A stretch of 64,000 nt of DNA from Octopus vulgaris. Taxonomy: Eukaryota. Under the pieces are notes generated by a model. That model was given only the letters and a program-made list of their open reading frames with translations. It was not told the DNA's origin and did not search any database. Made by a program: the position numbers and the translations under genes. Shown here piece after piece: positions 26,149 to 39,496 of this stretch; positions within the stretch are counted from its first letter, which is position 1, and each line of letters starts with the position of its first letter. Where the stretch lies: contig OX597827.1 of assembly GCA_951406725.2 (NCBI GenBank), forward strand, positions 58,900,001-58,964,000. The letters run 5' to 3'.

Positions 26149-26590
26149 TACTCTTTTATTTGTTTCAGTCATTTGACTGTGGCCATGCTGGAGCACCACC
26201 TTTAGTCAAGCAAATCGACCCCAGAACTTATTCTTTGTAAACCTAGTACTTATTTTATCGGTCTCTCTTGCTGAGCCGCTAAGTGACGTGGACGTAAACA
26301 CACCAACATCGGTTGTCAAGCGATGTTGGGGGGACAAACACAGACACACACACATATACATATGCATGTATACGACGGGCTTCTTTCAGTTTCCGTCTAC
26401 CAAATCCACTCACAAGGCTTTGGTTGGCCTGAGGCTATAGTAGAAGACACTTGCCCAAGGTGCCATGCAGTGGGACTGAACCCAGAACCATGTGGTTGGT
26501 AAGCAAGCTATTTACCATGCAGCCACTCCTGTACCTGCTTACCACACAGCCACTCCTGCACCTGCTTACCACACAGCTACTCCTGCACCT
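26149..26590 (-). mobile_element. SINE family A with triplicated head
   Basis: match to consensus; 29-bp head unit three times at about 26505-26590. Confidence 0.85.
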
Positions 26591-27732
26591 ATGTTCAACT
26601 TCAACACAAATAATTTTACTTGCTTCCCAACCACATGGTTTCAGGTTCAGTTCCACTGTATGGTACCTTGTGCAAGTGTCTTCTTCTATAGCACCAGGCT
26701 AACCAAAGCTTTGCGAGTGGATTTGGTAGGTGGAAACTGAAAGAAGCCAATTGTATGTATGTATGTGCATGCATGTGCACATGCATGTGTGTGTGGGCAT
26801 GCAAGTGCATGTGTGTGTGTGTGTGCATGTGTGTGTGTTACTATATCCTTTTCTTGTCTTCATGTGGTACTTGTAAACGAATGCCGCCCACATGCAAACA
26901 GTTCCCTTTGTTTCCAATCTTCCATGGAAATATGTCTGGTCATGGTGAAATATTACCTCACTTGGAAACAGGTGAGGGTTAGTGACAGGAAGGGTATCCA
27001 GCTGTGGAAAATCTGCTTCAAAAATTCCATCCAACACATGCAAAAAGGAAAAAGGGGGACATTAAAGATGATGAAGATGATGATGATACACAGACACACA
27101 CATATATTATTCTGCTTAGGCATGGCTAGACTAATAGCCTAATGTAGAACTCAATATACATATGTGTCAGAACGAATCATTAGTCGAGTACACACACACA
27201 CACACACGAGGGTTGATTCATATGAAAAAGTAAGTGAACAAAATGAAATACTTAAAGAAAATATTGCATAGCAATGATGGCAGGTGAATCAAATATACTG
27301 TAGTTCATTGTAGGATATAAACAATATGACCACTTGTTTATCAGGAAATTTTTAAGCTTGATTTTTAAAAAAAATTTTAATGTTTTTCTTTAAAGTATTA
27401 TAGTATTTACACTCCAGTGAAATCAAGAAATCAACTCATAAATAAACAAAACCCTCAAATCCATCACTGTACACACACACACACACACAGAGTCACATAT
27501 CTATGTATGTATTTATGTATGTTTGAAGATAATCAAACCAAATTTTCACCATTTCGAGCCACTCACCCAATGAGTATTTTCTGCCAAATTTGATGAAAAT
27601 CCATTCAATCATTTTCCAGTAATTTTGCAAACACACAGACCAAGATCAGTGATTAAGCTTTTGCTTACATGCACAGGGTAATGAAGGTCATATAGTAATG
27701 CTTATTCCTTTGTCATCTTATTTTCTTATTTT

Positions 27733-27783
<51 letters not shown>

Positions 27784-27882
27784 GAACAAGATAGTAAGAT
27801 GAACTAAGTAACCACTCTATTTCTTCTTTACTTTATTATTATAATCTTTTCTTTTTTAAATACCATAATATTAAGAACTTAC

Positions 27883-27993
27883 CTTCCCCATTGTACGGCT
27901 GCACAGGGAACATATGTCGATAATCTGCTGAAGTTTAAATGAACAATTCTGGATGGTAAAACTCATCACTTTTGAAAATGGTTCAAGGATTCC
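27883..27993 (-). CDS. unc79: UNC79 exon 16
   Basis: GILEPFSKVMSFTIQNCSFKLQQIIDICSLCSRTMGK; ttttag / AAG|gtaagt; 111 nt. Confidence 0.96.
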
Positions 27994-28444
27994 CTAAAAA
28001 AAAAGAGAGAAAGAGCAAGTGAAGAATTTGTTTCTATGAGATTAAAAAGAAAGTCAGATAGAACATTAGAGAGAGAGAGAGAGAGAGGTGGAGGAGAATA
28101 TCTTATGATTCACATTCAAAAATTTATGTTGTGTCACAGAACATTCTAAATTTCATAATTCTAGTTTTTATGGACATGTATGAGCCTCTAGGACAGAATG
28201 GTTAAAATACTTAAAATATCTTTAAACCCATGTGTATTTTAACAACAAGCTCGTAATACAAATTGTAACCAAAAAATGCATGGTTGTGTAGTTAAAAAGT
28301 TTGCCTTGTAACCGGGTGATTCTGTGTTCAGTCTCACAGCGCAACATCTCAGGCAAGTATCTTCTGTATAGCCCCAGGCAGACTATTGCCTTATGATTGA
28401 ATTTGGTAGATGGAAACAGTGAGTGTGGAAGCCTATTGTGTGTA

Positions 28445-28476
<32 letters not shown>

Positions 28477-28732
28477 ATAATAAATATTAGGGAATAAATC
28501 CAAATTTACAGGGAAAAAATCAGATTTAGGATTAAATCCAATTTTATAGTAAAATATTATATAATATTAATTCGAGACAAAACCACTATTTTGCAAAACA
28601 AACAAGGAAAGACTTAATAAATACATAAAAATTTTTAATATAAAGAAATAAACCGCCACTACAATCGTTTCATGTCTTCAATGACATTCGTCAGGTGGAT
28701 TTTCGATCTAAATATTATATATATATATATAT

Positions 28733-29116
28733 ATTCTTTTACTTGTTTTGGTCATTTAACTGCAGTCATGCTGGAGCACAACCTTAAAAGGAGATTTAGT
28801 CGAACAAATTGACCCCAGGGGTTATTCTTTGTAAATCTAGTACTTATTCTGTCGGTGTCTTTTGCTGAACCGCTAAGTTATGGGGATGTAAACACACCAG
28901 CATCAGTTGTCAAGTGATGGTGTGTATGAGTGAACTGAGACACAAACACACAAATATATATATATACAACAGGCTTCTTTCGGTTTCTCTCTGCCAAATC
29001 CACTCACAAGGCATTATTCAGCCTGAGGCTATAGTAGAAGACACCCAAGGTGCCATGCAGTGGTACTGAACCCGGAAAAATGTAGTTGGGAAGCAGGCTT
29101 CTTACCGCATAGCCAT
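28733..29116 (-). mobile_element. SINE family A
   Basis: match to 3221-3630, more diverged. Confidence 0.8.
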
Positions 29117-29117
29117 G

Positions 29118-29165
<48 letters not shown>

Positions 29166-29240
29166 CATGCATGCATGCATGCATGCATGCATGTATGTAT
29201 GTATGTATGTATGTATGTATGTATGTATGTATGTATTTGT

Positions 29241-29314
<74 letters not shown>

Positions 29315-29321
29315 GAGAGAG
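29117..29321. repeat. compound microsatellite (GCCT)n(GCAT)n(GTAT)n(GT)n(GA)n
   Basis: read directly from sequence. Confidence 0.95.
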
Positions 29322-29555
29322 ACAATATCTGGACTTAAAAGATATATGCTAGTTCACAAAAACATTCCTTCAGAATCAGATTCCAAAGCGCAAGGATGCA
29401 GAAGAAACTTGAATAATATTTGTCACTTGTGTTTTAAACCCTGTCAGTCAGCAAAGTCATCTCAGGACTCATCAACAGAGTGATTGTGCCATGTGATGGG
29501 GTGTGGTATGTGTGTTGATAGGACAGCTATCATCTGTCAAGATGAAGCAATCATC

Positions 29556-29587
<32 letters not shown>

Positions 29588-30294
29588 ATGAGTGAGTAGA
29601 CAAATGAAAGAAGGGCACTCAACACATTTATTGGGAGTTACATGTATGGATTAAAACAGTTTGAATCTAACTCCTTGGTACTCTGAGTTTCAAGTGTGAT
29701 ACTAATCTTTGGTCATTGGAGTCTGAATCTGACTCCAATGGCCGAAGATTAGCATCATGCTTGAAACTCAGAGTACCAAGGAGTTTGAATCTGTTTTGAT
29801 CCATGAATATATATCATCATCATCATCATATATATATGATGATGATGATGATATATATATATATATATATTAGATTAGTTCAAATAACATTGCAATCTAT
29901 CATAGATAAAGAACTTTCTCATTTATGGTAATGATATAAACAGACTATTATCAGCACACTGGCATCCTCTCTTGGACTCCTAGATGCATTTCTGGCATGT
30001 TATGCCTTCTTCAGTAGAAGATACCAAAGAAAGATAACTCTGAGTTGATTAGGAAGCCATAGCTTTATAATAAATCGGTCAATGCTAGTGACTGATTTGC
30101 ACTTGTAGACTGGCTGATCTGAACAAATACATTTGCAGTGACAGGAAATAAACAAACATATTTGAACTAACCTAAAGCTACACACACACAAACACACATA
30201 CACATACATACACTCACACACAAACACACACACTCATGCACATGTAACAGTAATATAAAGTAAATGCAAGTGAAAAAACAGATAAAAAACTTAC

Positions 30295-30534
30295 CCGGAC
30301 ATTTGTAATTCCAGGGATTTTTAAAATGGAAATCATAATGCGTAAAATAGAAGTAGTATCACATGGATTTGGCAAAACTAGAGGAAGATGACGGAAAAAA
30401 ATCTCAAATTGAGTGAGAATGTTAGGCCATAGTGGGGAGGAAGTTTCCAATGGGATGCAGTTTAGGTAAGTGGCCAAATTACTCAGAAGTAGCATGATGT
30501 TCTCAGATGGAAGTGTTTTTTTGTTGTTTAAGCC
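30295..30534 (-). CDS. unc79: UNC79 exon 15
   Basis: GLNNKKTLPSENIMLLLSNLATYLNCIPLETSSPLWPNILTQFEIFFRHLPLVLP...LKIPGITNVR; gtaagt donor; 240 nt. Confidence 0.96.
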
Positions 30535-31581
30535 CTGGAATTATATATAATATATGTATATATTGCATAAGTAATAACCATCATAAGTGCAACAATTCAT
30601 ATAATAAAAATAACAATAGCAGCAATAATAATAATAATAATAAAAGATGTACAGGTGTGAATAGTTGTAGGGCTAGGTGGTATTTATTACAAATGATGGT
30701 AAGTGTTGGTGGTGTGGCTCATGTACAATGGTATGAGTTTTGTAATCCACAATTTTCCTAACCCAGTGTTAACTGGATTATGTAATTGTAACAAGAAGCT
30801 TAAATGCCCATTAGAAAATAAATGACTAATAAAAAATATTGCATAAAAATGTAACATTAAAACTAATTTACATACTTTCACATATGTGGTGGGTTCCACA
30901 TCTTCCACTTTTAGATCAAGATTACATAATTATTTTCATACATTTAGAAGACGAGATAAAGTGGAAATAACATTGCTCTCCATGAAGGTGTGAGTGTTAA
31001 AGGACAAAACTGTCCATTTTCACTTAACATGGAACATTGCTAGACATACTAAGCCTTTTGTTAGTGATAAAAATGGTTGCAATCTCTGCTGTTTGGAATT
31101 GCTGAAAATTTTTAAATGCACAAGTGATGTGCATTTTAAATCAGATGAATTTAGGATGTCAGCAAAGTCAGCCTCAGTGGCATTTGATCATATGAACATA
31201 TAAAATGTAAAGTCAGAAAAAAATGCAGCTAAACATTTTGTCTGACACAGAAATAATTCTGCTAACTACTGCCTTACTACTACTACTACTACTACTACTA
31301 CTAATTTACATATTGGTTTCAAATTTTGGCAGAAGGCCAGTGATATTGGGGGAATGCGTAAGTCAATTACATTGACCCTAGTGCTCAACTGGTATTTATT
31401 TTATCAACCCCAAAATAATGAAAGCAAAGTCGACCATGGTGGAATTTGAACTCAGAACGTAGAAAGGGACGAAATGCTGCTAAGCATCTTGCCCGGTGTT
31501 GTAACGAATCTGTCAGTTCACCACCTTTACTACTGTACATATTGATAACAAATAATATATAAAATACACATAAAATTATAC

Positions 31582-31667
31582 CTCCAGAAGAAGCTGCATC
31601 GGTGTATGGCATGTGAGTTCATTAAAGTCAATAAGAGCAGATGCCATCGTCTTCCAAAAGTTTGTAT
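31582..31667 (-). CDS. unc79: UNC79 exon 14
   Basis: ttcag / GAG|gtataa; DTNFWKTMASALIDFNELTCHTPMQLLLE; 86 nt, phase 1-0. Confidence 0.94.
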
Positions 31668-33125
31668 CTGAATAAATAATATAAAATGTTAAATAGCAGG
31701 ATGATGATATCACAATGGGTCTGACATTTTGATAAATACTTTGTAAATCATGTATTCTTTTAATTTTCTTTCAGATTTTTCACCACAAGATATATTCATT
31801 TCCTATTTATACTATATAGGATGCTTTGGAATTGTAAATTTAAAGCAAAAAAAAATAAATAAATAAAGGTATTATTACATGTAAAAACTCATTCACAATT
31901 TTGGCACACTTCATGTGGTAAGAAGCTTGCTTTCCAATCACTTGGTTCTGGATGTGTGGCACTTTGGACAAGTGTCTTCTACTGTTGGAGGGACAAACAC
32001 AGATACACAAACACATACATATATATACATATACATATATACGACAGGCTTCTTTCAGTTTCCGTCTCCTAAATCCACTTGCAAGGCTTTGGTCAGCCCG
32101 AAGCTATAGCAGAAGACACTTGCCCAAGGTGCCACGCAGTGGGAGGTACCAGATGATAGTTTATATTTAAATATATGGGTAGAATTATTACAGGAGTATA
32201 GATTACAAAGGTCAATAAAGGATCAAATGAGGAAAGTTCATAATGATTGTGGTATATGCTAGTATTCTCCCTGCATTTTTAGTTGCTACTCAAAAAGGAG
32301 TTTTAGGCAACAAGTCAACTTCAACACTAACTGTATGTGCCTATTACTTTATATCATCAAGCATAACATTACATAAACATATAAAGCTCTGAGCTGGAAG
32401 AATTGTTGGTACGCTGGACAAAATGCATAGTGGTATTTCATCCATCTTTTATGTTCTGAGTTCAAATTCCATTGAGGTTGACTTTGTCTTTCATCCTTTT
32501 GGGGTCAATAAAATAAGAACCAGTTGAATTTAGGGTCAAAATAATAAACTAACTCTTTTCCTAAAATTGCTGGCCTTGTACCAAAATTTGAAACCAATAT
32601 TACATAAGCATAAGACATTTCTTTATGCTCCATAGAGTTCATCCTACCTTAGAATTGATTTTCTTCTTAAGAATTATTCTTACCCTAAAGAGTTAATCCA
32701 ATATTTAATATGGTCATAGATATACAAAGCATCAGGATGATCAACAAATGGAATAATTTGACTGGTAACTCTAAAGCGTTTGTGCTTATCTAGAGCTAAA
32801 TAACAACATAGCATGATGGATTGACAGATTAAAATAAGCCTTCCTTGTACAGGCACAAGACTTGAAATTTTTTAGAGGGGGGGGGCTAGTCAATTACATC
32901 GACCCAAGTTTTCAACTGGTACTTATTTCATTGAGCTTGAAATGTTGAAAGGCAAAGCTGACTTCAGCAGAAATTGAACTCAGAACATAGAGACTGATGA
33001 GATACCACTAAGCTCTGTGTCCAGCATGCTAATGGTTCTGTCAACTTGCTGCCTTAATGATAAGTTAATAAAATAACAGCAGATTGATTTTATTACACAC
33101 ACCACACATCCTATACAATACTTAC

Positions 33126-33241
33126 CTTCTAAATTACTTTGGAAAAGTACTGGAAAAATTCCATTCGGGGCAAGGTGGTGTAAACAACACCTCATGAACT
33201 GTCTGGCAATACTTACACAATTGCCAGGTGCCATTAAAGTA
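33126..33241 (-). CDS. unc79: UNC79 exon 13
   Basis: TLMAPGNCVSIARQFMRCCLHHLAPNGIFPVLFQSNLE resembles the UNC79 PGN...QFLRC...LAPNGIF block; 116 nt, phase 2-1. Confidence 0.96.
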
Positions 33242-33434
33242 CTGAAAGAATAAGATGAATATAATATGAAACAGAATATAAATATGGTGTTGAATCATTT
33301 TTTTTCTTTTTTGGTTTATGATTAAGTTTTTTAAAATTCGATCTCACTTCACAGAATCGTGGGTAAATTGTCTTTTATTATCCCAACCTGTGCATTATAA
33401 ACGAATTTGGTAGACAGAAACTGTATAGAAGTCT

Positions 33435-33490
<56 letters not shown>

Positions 33491-33689
33491 CATCATCATC
33501 TATGTGAAGGCATGTGGTTAGGCCGTTGCACACTAGATCATGAGTTCAATTCCCTGAGTGGGCAGTGCATTGTGTTCTTGAACAAAACACTTCCACCCAC
33601 ATACAAAGACTACCTTCTCTGATAACTTTCCTATTATTTCACTGCACCTCTTGTGTATACATAGCTTGCACTGGGAATGCCATATGGAA

Positions 33690-34270
33690 TTCCTGCTTTT
33701 TTTCTACTTATTGAGCAGAGCCATTTACCTGATGGAGGAAGGTCCTGTTTGTTTTCTTGTTTACTAGAATCTTAGTCTTTGCTAAGCTAACCTTAAGGCC
33801 CTTTGATTCCTTTTGCTTCCACATTTGGAATTCATTTTGTAGTTCTGTTACAGAATCTTCTATAAGAGCAAGATTATCAGCATATAACAGTTCCCAGGGG
33901 CAACCAGTTTTGAATTCTTCTGTTATGGCTAGGAGGACGATGATGAATAGGAGGGAACTGAGAACTAAACCCTGATGAGTGCCTACCTGTATACTAAATT
34001 CATCACTATACTCATGGTTAACTCATCATACTGATAGAACCTCTGTACATGGCTTGTATGGCTTTCACAAGTTACCCGTCTAGTCCTAGTTTCCCTAGAG
34101 CCATATCACAGAATGGGGTACTTTGTCAAAGGCTTTCTTTAAGTCAACAAACACAATGGTACAAAGGTTTGTTTATTCTTGAGCAGAAGTCTGACTATAA
34201 AGATAGCATCAGTAGTGCTTCTCCTTGGCACAAAGCCAAACTGCAGTTCATTTAATCTGATTCTGCTCCT
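33690..34270 (-). mobile_element. RTE-type LINE RT fragment
   Basis: HQGLVLSSLLFIIVL, CPWELLYADNLAL, GLKVSLAKTKILV on the minus strand. Confidence 0.85.
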
Positions 34271-34449
34271 AATTAGGCCATGTAAATGTGTTTTTTTTTA
34301 CTTTATTAAGGTAACAATACATTAACTACATAAGCGTAGCTTTATTCATAGCAAACACATTAAAAAAAACAATCAAAAAGTAATCCATACAATTCAAAAG
34401 AAGTGGAAAAAGATATCTTAATTCATAACAATAATGTGGTCAGAGGAAA

Positions 34450-34960
34450 ACAATAATAGCAACAGCAACACTGACAGAACGATCCAGGCGAATCAACCAG
34501 ATATAGTCATTTAGGACAGATAAGACAATATTTGTAGACTAATAGCTGTAAGTATTCCCACTGATAAATATATATCTGTAAATGAATTTGACAAATTAAG
34601 TAAATATAAGGACCTGGAAATTGAAATACCAAAGATGTGGCATCTTAAAGCAAGAACTGTTCCTGTTATTGTAGGTGCCTTAGGTATGATAAAAAAAGAT
34701 ATGTTAGGAACATCTAGATAACATCCTAGGTGAACCATGTCTCAGAGAAATCCAAAAGATAGTGCTGACAAGTACTGCCCACTTCCTTATAAAAACCCTA
34801 TCAATTTAAATGTCTGTATTGTATTACATGAAGATATTTAGCCACTTCCCTTCCCCAAGCTTTCAGCCATACTGAAACATCTCTTATCCCTCACCCACCC
34901 TAGGATGCTGGGTGAGTCTTGGCAAGTGATTGTAACAAACATGCAGATTAAGAGTAAATA
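34450..34960 (+). mobile_element. RLE LINE 3' fragment (PD-(D/E)xK endonuclease)
   Basis: TDRTIQANQPDIVI...KLSKYKDLEIEIPKMWHLKARTVPVIVGALGMIKK; TAA-rich flanks. Confidence 0.82.
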
Positions 34961-35059
34961 ATATAATAATAATAGGTGCACTTGGAAGTATACCAATAGT
35001 AAATTGGTGCACTTGGAATAAACCAATAGTAATTGGTACACTTAAAAGTATTAGCACTC

Positions 35060-35262
35060 ATCTGCAAACATGGCTGAAAAAGATCGGTTTAAGTGTGAAG
35101 GTAGAACGCCTACATACATCAGTATTGCTTGGAACTGCAAGAATTCTTCGAAGAGTTCTTGAAGCATGACCAGTATACAAGTGTTATCTTAGTCTGCTGG
35201 ATGTGGGCAGCTGACACTTTCCATCATACCAAGCGTAAAATAAGCTGAAAATTTTCATCAAA
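35060..35262 (+). mobile_element. RLE LINE 3' terminus
   Basis: SVLLGTARILRRVLEA* followed by a short UTR and aataataat. Confidence 0.65.
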
Positions 35263-35353
35263 TAATAATCATCATCATCATCATCATCGTTTAGCGTCCG
35301 TTTTCCATGCTAGCATGGGTTGGAATAATAATAATAATAATAATAATGCTTAC

Positions 35354-35392
35354 CTGTCAACTTGCCAGGGATATGAATTAGAAGAAGCAATC
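35354..35392 (-). CDS. unc79: UNC79 exon 12
   Basis: ccacag / AG|gtaagc; IASSNSYPWQVD; 39 nt, phase 2-2. Confidence 0.88.
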
Positions 35393-35734
35393 CTGTGGAG
35401 CAAAAGAAATTTCCATAAATAACCAACAGATCCAGACATCAAGGGAAAATAAAAACATTCAAGAAGCAACATATAGTGCTTTGGGAACCTGTCCAGTCGG
35501 TCTTGTGCTGGTTTTTGTCAACGATGTATGTGCGTGTGTGTGTGTGTATGTATGTATGGATGGATGGATGGATGTCTATAGAAATCTGTGATGACTTTCA
35601 CATTTGACATGTGGCACACAATGAACCTGTACAGGCAATGTTGATTTGAGGGAGAGAGCTGTGAACATGGTCCCTAAGGATCAAAACGGAGTTAACTCTG
35701 TAAATTTGACAATAAAATAGAAATAAAATAAAAA

Positions 35735-35824
35735 TATATATGTGTGTGTGTACATATATGCACATATACATGTATATATGTGTATGTATATATGTATATA
35801 TATGTGTGTTTGTATATATATGTA

Positions 35825-35866
<42 letters not shown>

Positions 35867-36120
35867 CACATATATATACATAGATACACACACACACAGA
35901 TATATACATACTTACATATATACATATAAATATACGTACATATATATATATATATATACATACATACATACATGCAAATACATATATACATATATGCATA
36001 TATATATATATATATATATGTACACACATATATGTATGCATACATACTCACATGCACACATACAGACACACATATCCATACACACACATTTGTGTGTATG
36101 TAGACATGTACATGTGTAAA
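35735..36120. repeat. complex (AT/AC/GT)n low-complexity tract
   Basis: read directly from sequence. Confidence 0.9.
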
Positions 36121-36360
36121 TCAATGTAAATGCCTTGTAGTAAGTGTTTCAGTCCATAAAATACAGAGGTAACTTTCTGAAGAAAGTATCTCCTGACGAA
36201 ACTACTCATTCAAGAAATAGTGTGTGATTCTTCATGTGTCAGACGAAGTACTAAGGTTCAGTATAATCGACTAAAACCCTCGACCCCTTATGTCAACCAA
36301 CCCTGGATAGCCACAGTCAAATAACAAAAACCAAAAAAAGCAAAAAAAGAGTATATTTAC

Positions 36361-36603
36361 TTTGCTACACACTGGAGGCTGTCCAGCATTGTGGGCATTG
36401 CCAGTGAGGGCTCCCTGTATATAAAAGCTGATAATACCAGAATGCACAGCCCAATGGTTTCTTCATCATATTGTTCCAGTATAACATGGCATTCTGGACA
36501 TCTATCAACCATTACTGTATCTCCATAGCGATTGAATTGTGGGCGCTGATGTGTTTTCTTTTGTTGGCTTTTGTTTAGTAATTCACTACGACGAGTTCTT
36601 TGG
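36361..36603 (-). CDS. unc79: UNC79 exon 11
   Basis: ...VDRCPECHVILEQYDEETIGLCILVLSAFIYREPSLAMPTMLDSLQCVAK, the UNC79 CxxC...YDEET motif; 243 nt, phase 2-2. Confidence 0.95.
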
Positions 36604-37589
36604 CTAAAATGGGAAATATTTAAAAAATATTTTAAAATAAATCTAAAAACCGAAGAAAAAATGGTCTTCATAAAACAGTTAATAAAATATAGTTCCTAAA
36701 TGGAAGCATTCATTTATTATTTACTTTTCTGTTGTTTTACATTTTTTTTTTTGAAACATGCAGTAATAAATCTGGAAATATAAGTATTTTCAAACATTTT
36801 TATTTTGGTCATTATCACTGTCATCATTTAAACTGGTCATACCCTGTCCAAATATTCCACCTGTTTCATGTTCAAACCAACCAGATCTGACCTCTCACAC
36901 CCACCTTACAATGTTATTCTAATAATAAGGAATCCTCATCATCGTCATCGTATAGCGTCCGCTTTCCATGCTAGCATGGGTTGGACGGTTCAACTGGGGT
37001 CTGGGAAGCCAGAAGGCTGCACCAGGCTCAGTCTGATCTGGCAATGTGAATGTAGTGGGTGCTTTTTACGTGCCACTGGCACAGGTGCCAGACAAGTCTG
37101 GCAAACAGCCACGATCGGATGGTGCTTTTTACGTGCCACCGGCACGAGGCCAGTCGGGGCGGTGCTGGCAATGGCCACGTTCAGATGGTTCTCTTGTTCA
37201 TCATTTAAATCCCTTCAAAACAATGTGAATAAATAAGTATTACATTTGACAAAATAATCATCATTGTTTAACATCCATTTTCCATGCTAGCATGGGTTAG
37301 ACAGTTCAACTGGGGTCTGGGAAGCCAGGAGGCTGCACCAGGCTCCAGTCTGATCTGGCAGTGTTTCTACAGCTGGATGTCCTTCCAGCCCCATTTAGAC
37401 CCCTTTTTACATAAAAATCCAATTTGTATCAACATTCACCTTCTTCGTTTTATAGATTAGATTAAGATATTTCAAATAGTGTTCTTATAGTCTCCTCTAT
37501 TATTCTTCTCTTCCAATTCCAAATAACAATGATAAAAATTTTTTTTGTAATTAATAGATTGAAATGTTTGCAGGCAAAAATATTCTTAC

Positions 37590-37755
37590 CTGGTTCTTCC
37601 AGAACCTTCAACGGCTTGAGACGGTGCGTTTTCTGAAAGCTCAGGAAATATCTTTTGAAGTTCCACAGTAGTAAGACCAGTTTTTCTGGCTTTGCGTTGT
37701 CTGTAATTTGGTTTGAATAGAAAGTCTCGAGAAAACAACGTGCCTTGAGAATCTT
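37590..37755 (-). CDS. unc79: UNC79 exon 10
   Basis: ttccag / AG|gtaaga; EDSQGTLFSRDFLFKPNYRQRKARKTGLTTVELQKIFPELSENAPSQAVEGSGRT; 166 nt, phase 1-2. Confidence 0.88.
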
Positions 37756-37832
37756 CTGGAACAGAAATTTAAAAGTGGTTTTAATTATTTTTAGGTAAAG
37801 GAAAACATAAAAGTCTTTTTTTAATTTTATAT

Positions 37833-38049
37833 CCCTTTAACATTCAGATTAATCCACCAACAGTAATGCTTATTTATCCACATTGTTTCAAATTAATCAT
37901 GTATTATCTCATAATCTCATAGTTTCATAATTTTGACGATGTGATTGTTTATGTTTAAAGTGACATTGTAGAGTAGGTTTGCGAGGCCTGATCTAGCCAG
38001 TTTGAATGTAAAAACAAATAAAATATTGGGCTGTTTGAATACTAAGGGG
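37833..38049. mobile_element. piggyBac-like MITE
   Basis: CCCTTTAACATTCA ... TGAATACTAAGGGG|TTAA; related pieces at about 23240-23390, 50172-50300, 54960-55065. Confidence 0.6.
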
Positions 38050-38539
38050 TTAATAGAAAGATAGCATAAATTTTAATAAATCCCCCCCCCAAAAAAAAAA
38101 ACCCCAGAATATTTCAGCATACAAATATCACAAAATATCTTTTAGCTGTTATTAATCTCAGTCATTATACTGTGCCCATGCTGGGGCACCACCTTCAAGA
38201 ATTTTAGTCAAAAGCATCGACTCCAATACTTATCTTTTAAGCCTGGTACTTATTCTATCAGTTTGCTTGGCTGAAGTGCTAAGGTACAGAGACATAAATA
38301 CACCAATACCAATTGTCAAACACTGGTAGAGGAGAAGCATATACACAAAATCACACATGCACATGACAGGCTTCTTTCAGTTTCCTTCTACCAAATCTAC
38401 TCACAAGGCTTTGGTCGGCTCAAGCCAATAGTAGTAGAGACTCACTCAAGGTGCCACACTGTGGGTCTGAACCCAGAACCATGTGGTTGGGAAGTAAACT
38501 TCTTACCAAATTCCTATATATGTATGTATATATATATAT

Positions 38540-38906
38540 ACGAGCAAAACACTCCCCTGTCCAATGGACAGTGCTGAGTTGTCAAACATTTAAACCAAAT
38601 TTTCTCAAAACAACTTGTCCAACCGTCGCATAGGCCTCCCCTTTGAGAAACACTGATTTAACCTAAATTTGAAACACCAGCAAAAGAAGCAATAAAGATA
38701 GACTTTTTTCTATTCCAAGAAAAACGATTTTAGAAATGCCCGTTCCCACAGCTTTATCGATCACATTCTCACCCGGAATCGATTTTCGTAATTTTTTCAA
38801 GACTTATACATGCCCTGATACCATCGGTATCTACATATCAAATTTGAGCGCAATCAGATGGAGGATGCCCGAGATCCTAGAAGACACACACAGACAGACA
38901 GAACAG

Positions 38907-38910
<4 letters not shown>
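38540..38910 (+). mobile_element. non-autonomous element ending GACACACACAGACAGACAGA (Helentron/DINE-like, tentative)
   Basis: inverted copy at about 42985-43365; both inserted in AT runs. Confidence 0.6.
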
Positions 38911-38939
<29 letters not shown>

Positions 38940-39496
38940 GCATTTTGTAGTTACATGAGCCTTGAGACTCAATGAACTATTTATTATTATCTTTATCATA
39001 TAGGAGTAAGCTGGTAGAACCATTACTATGCTGGTTCTTTACACTCTAAGTTCAAATGCCACTGAGGTTGATTTTGCCTTTCATCCTTTTGGGGCTGATA
39101 GGGTTGAAATATTATGAATATGCATATATACGACGGGCTTCTTTCAGTTTCCATCTACAAAATCCACTCTCAAGGCTTTGGTCGGCCCGAGGCTATAGTA
39201 GAACACACTTGCCCAAGGTGCCACGCAGTGGGGTAGAACCCGGAACCATGTGGCTGGTAAGCAAGCTACTTACCACACAGCTACTCCTAGTAAAATGACT
39301 TTGCCATTATTAAGGTGGTTGTTTGGAACTCACACAGAAACTGAAGATTTATTGCAACATATGGGGAGAAGATCCATCAATCCAAGCCAGCATTGAAAAA
39401 TGAAAGTAAAATGATGACAATAATGATGACAACAGAGATGATGATGATGATTACAACAATAATGATAACATATACATTAACATCAGTGCAACCTAC

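Noticed and set aside
30950-31150. Possible Penelope C-terminal remnant (CNLCCLELLKI)
   Set aside because: Too short and degenerate to call with confidence.
34970-35045. ~30-bp tandem repeat GGTGCACTTGGAA...CCAATAGTAA
   Set aside because: Only about 2.5 units between LINE fragments; ordinary slippage.
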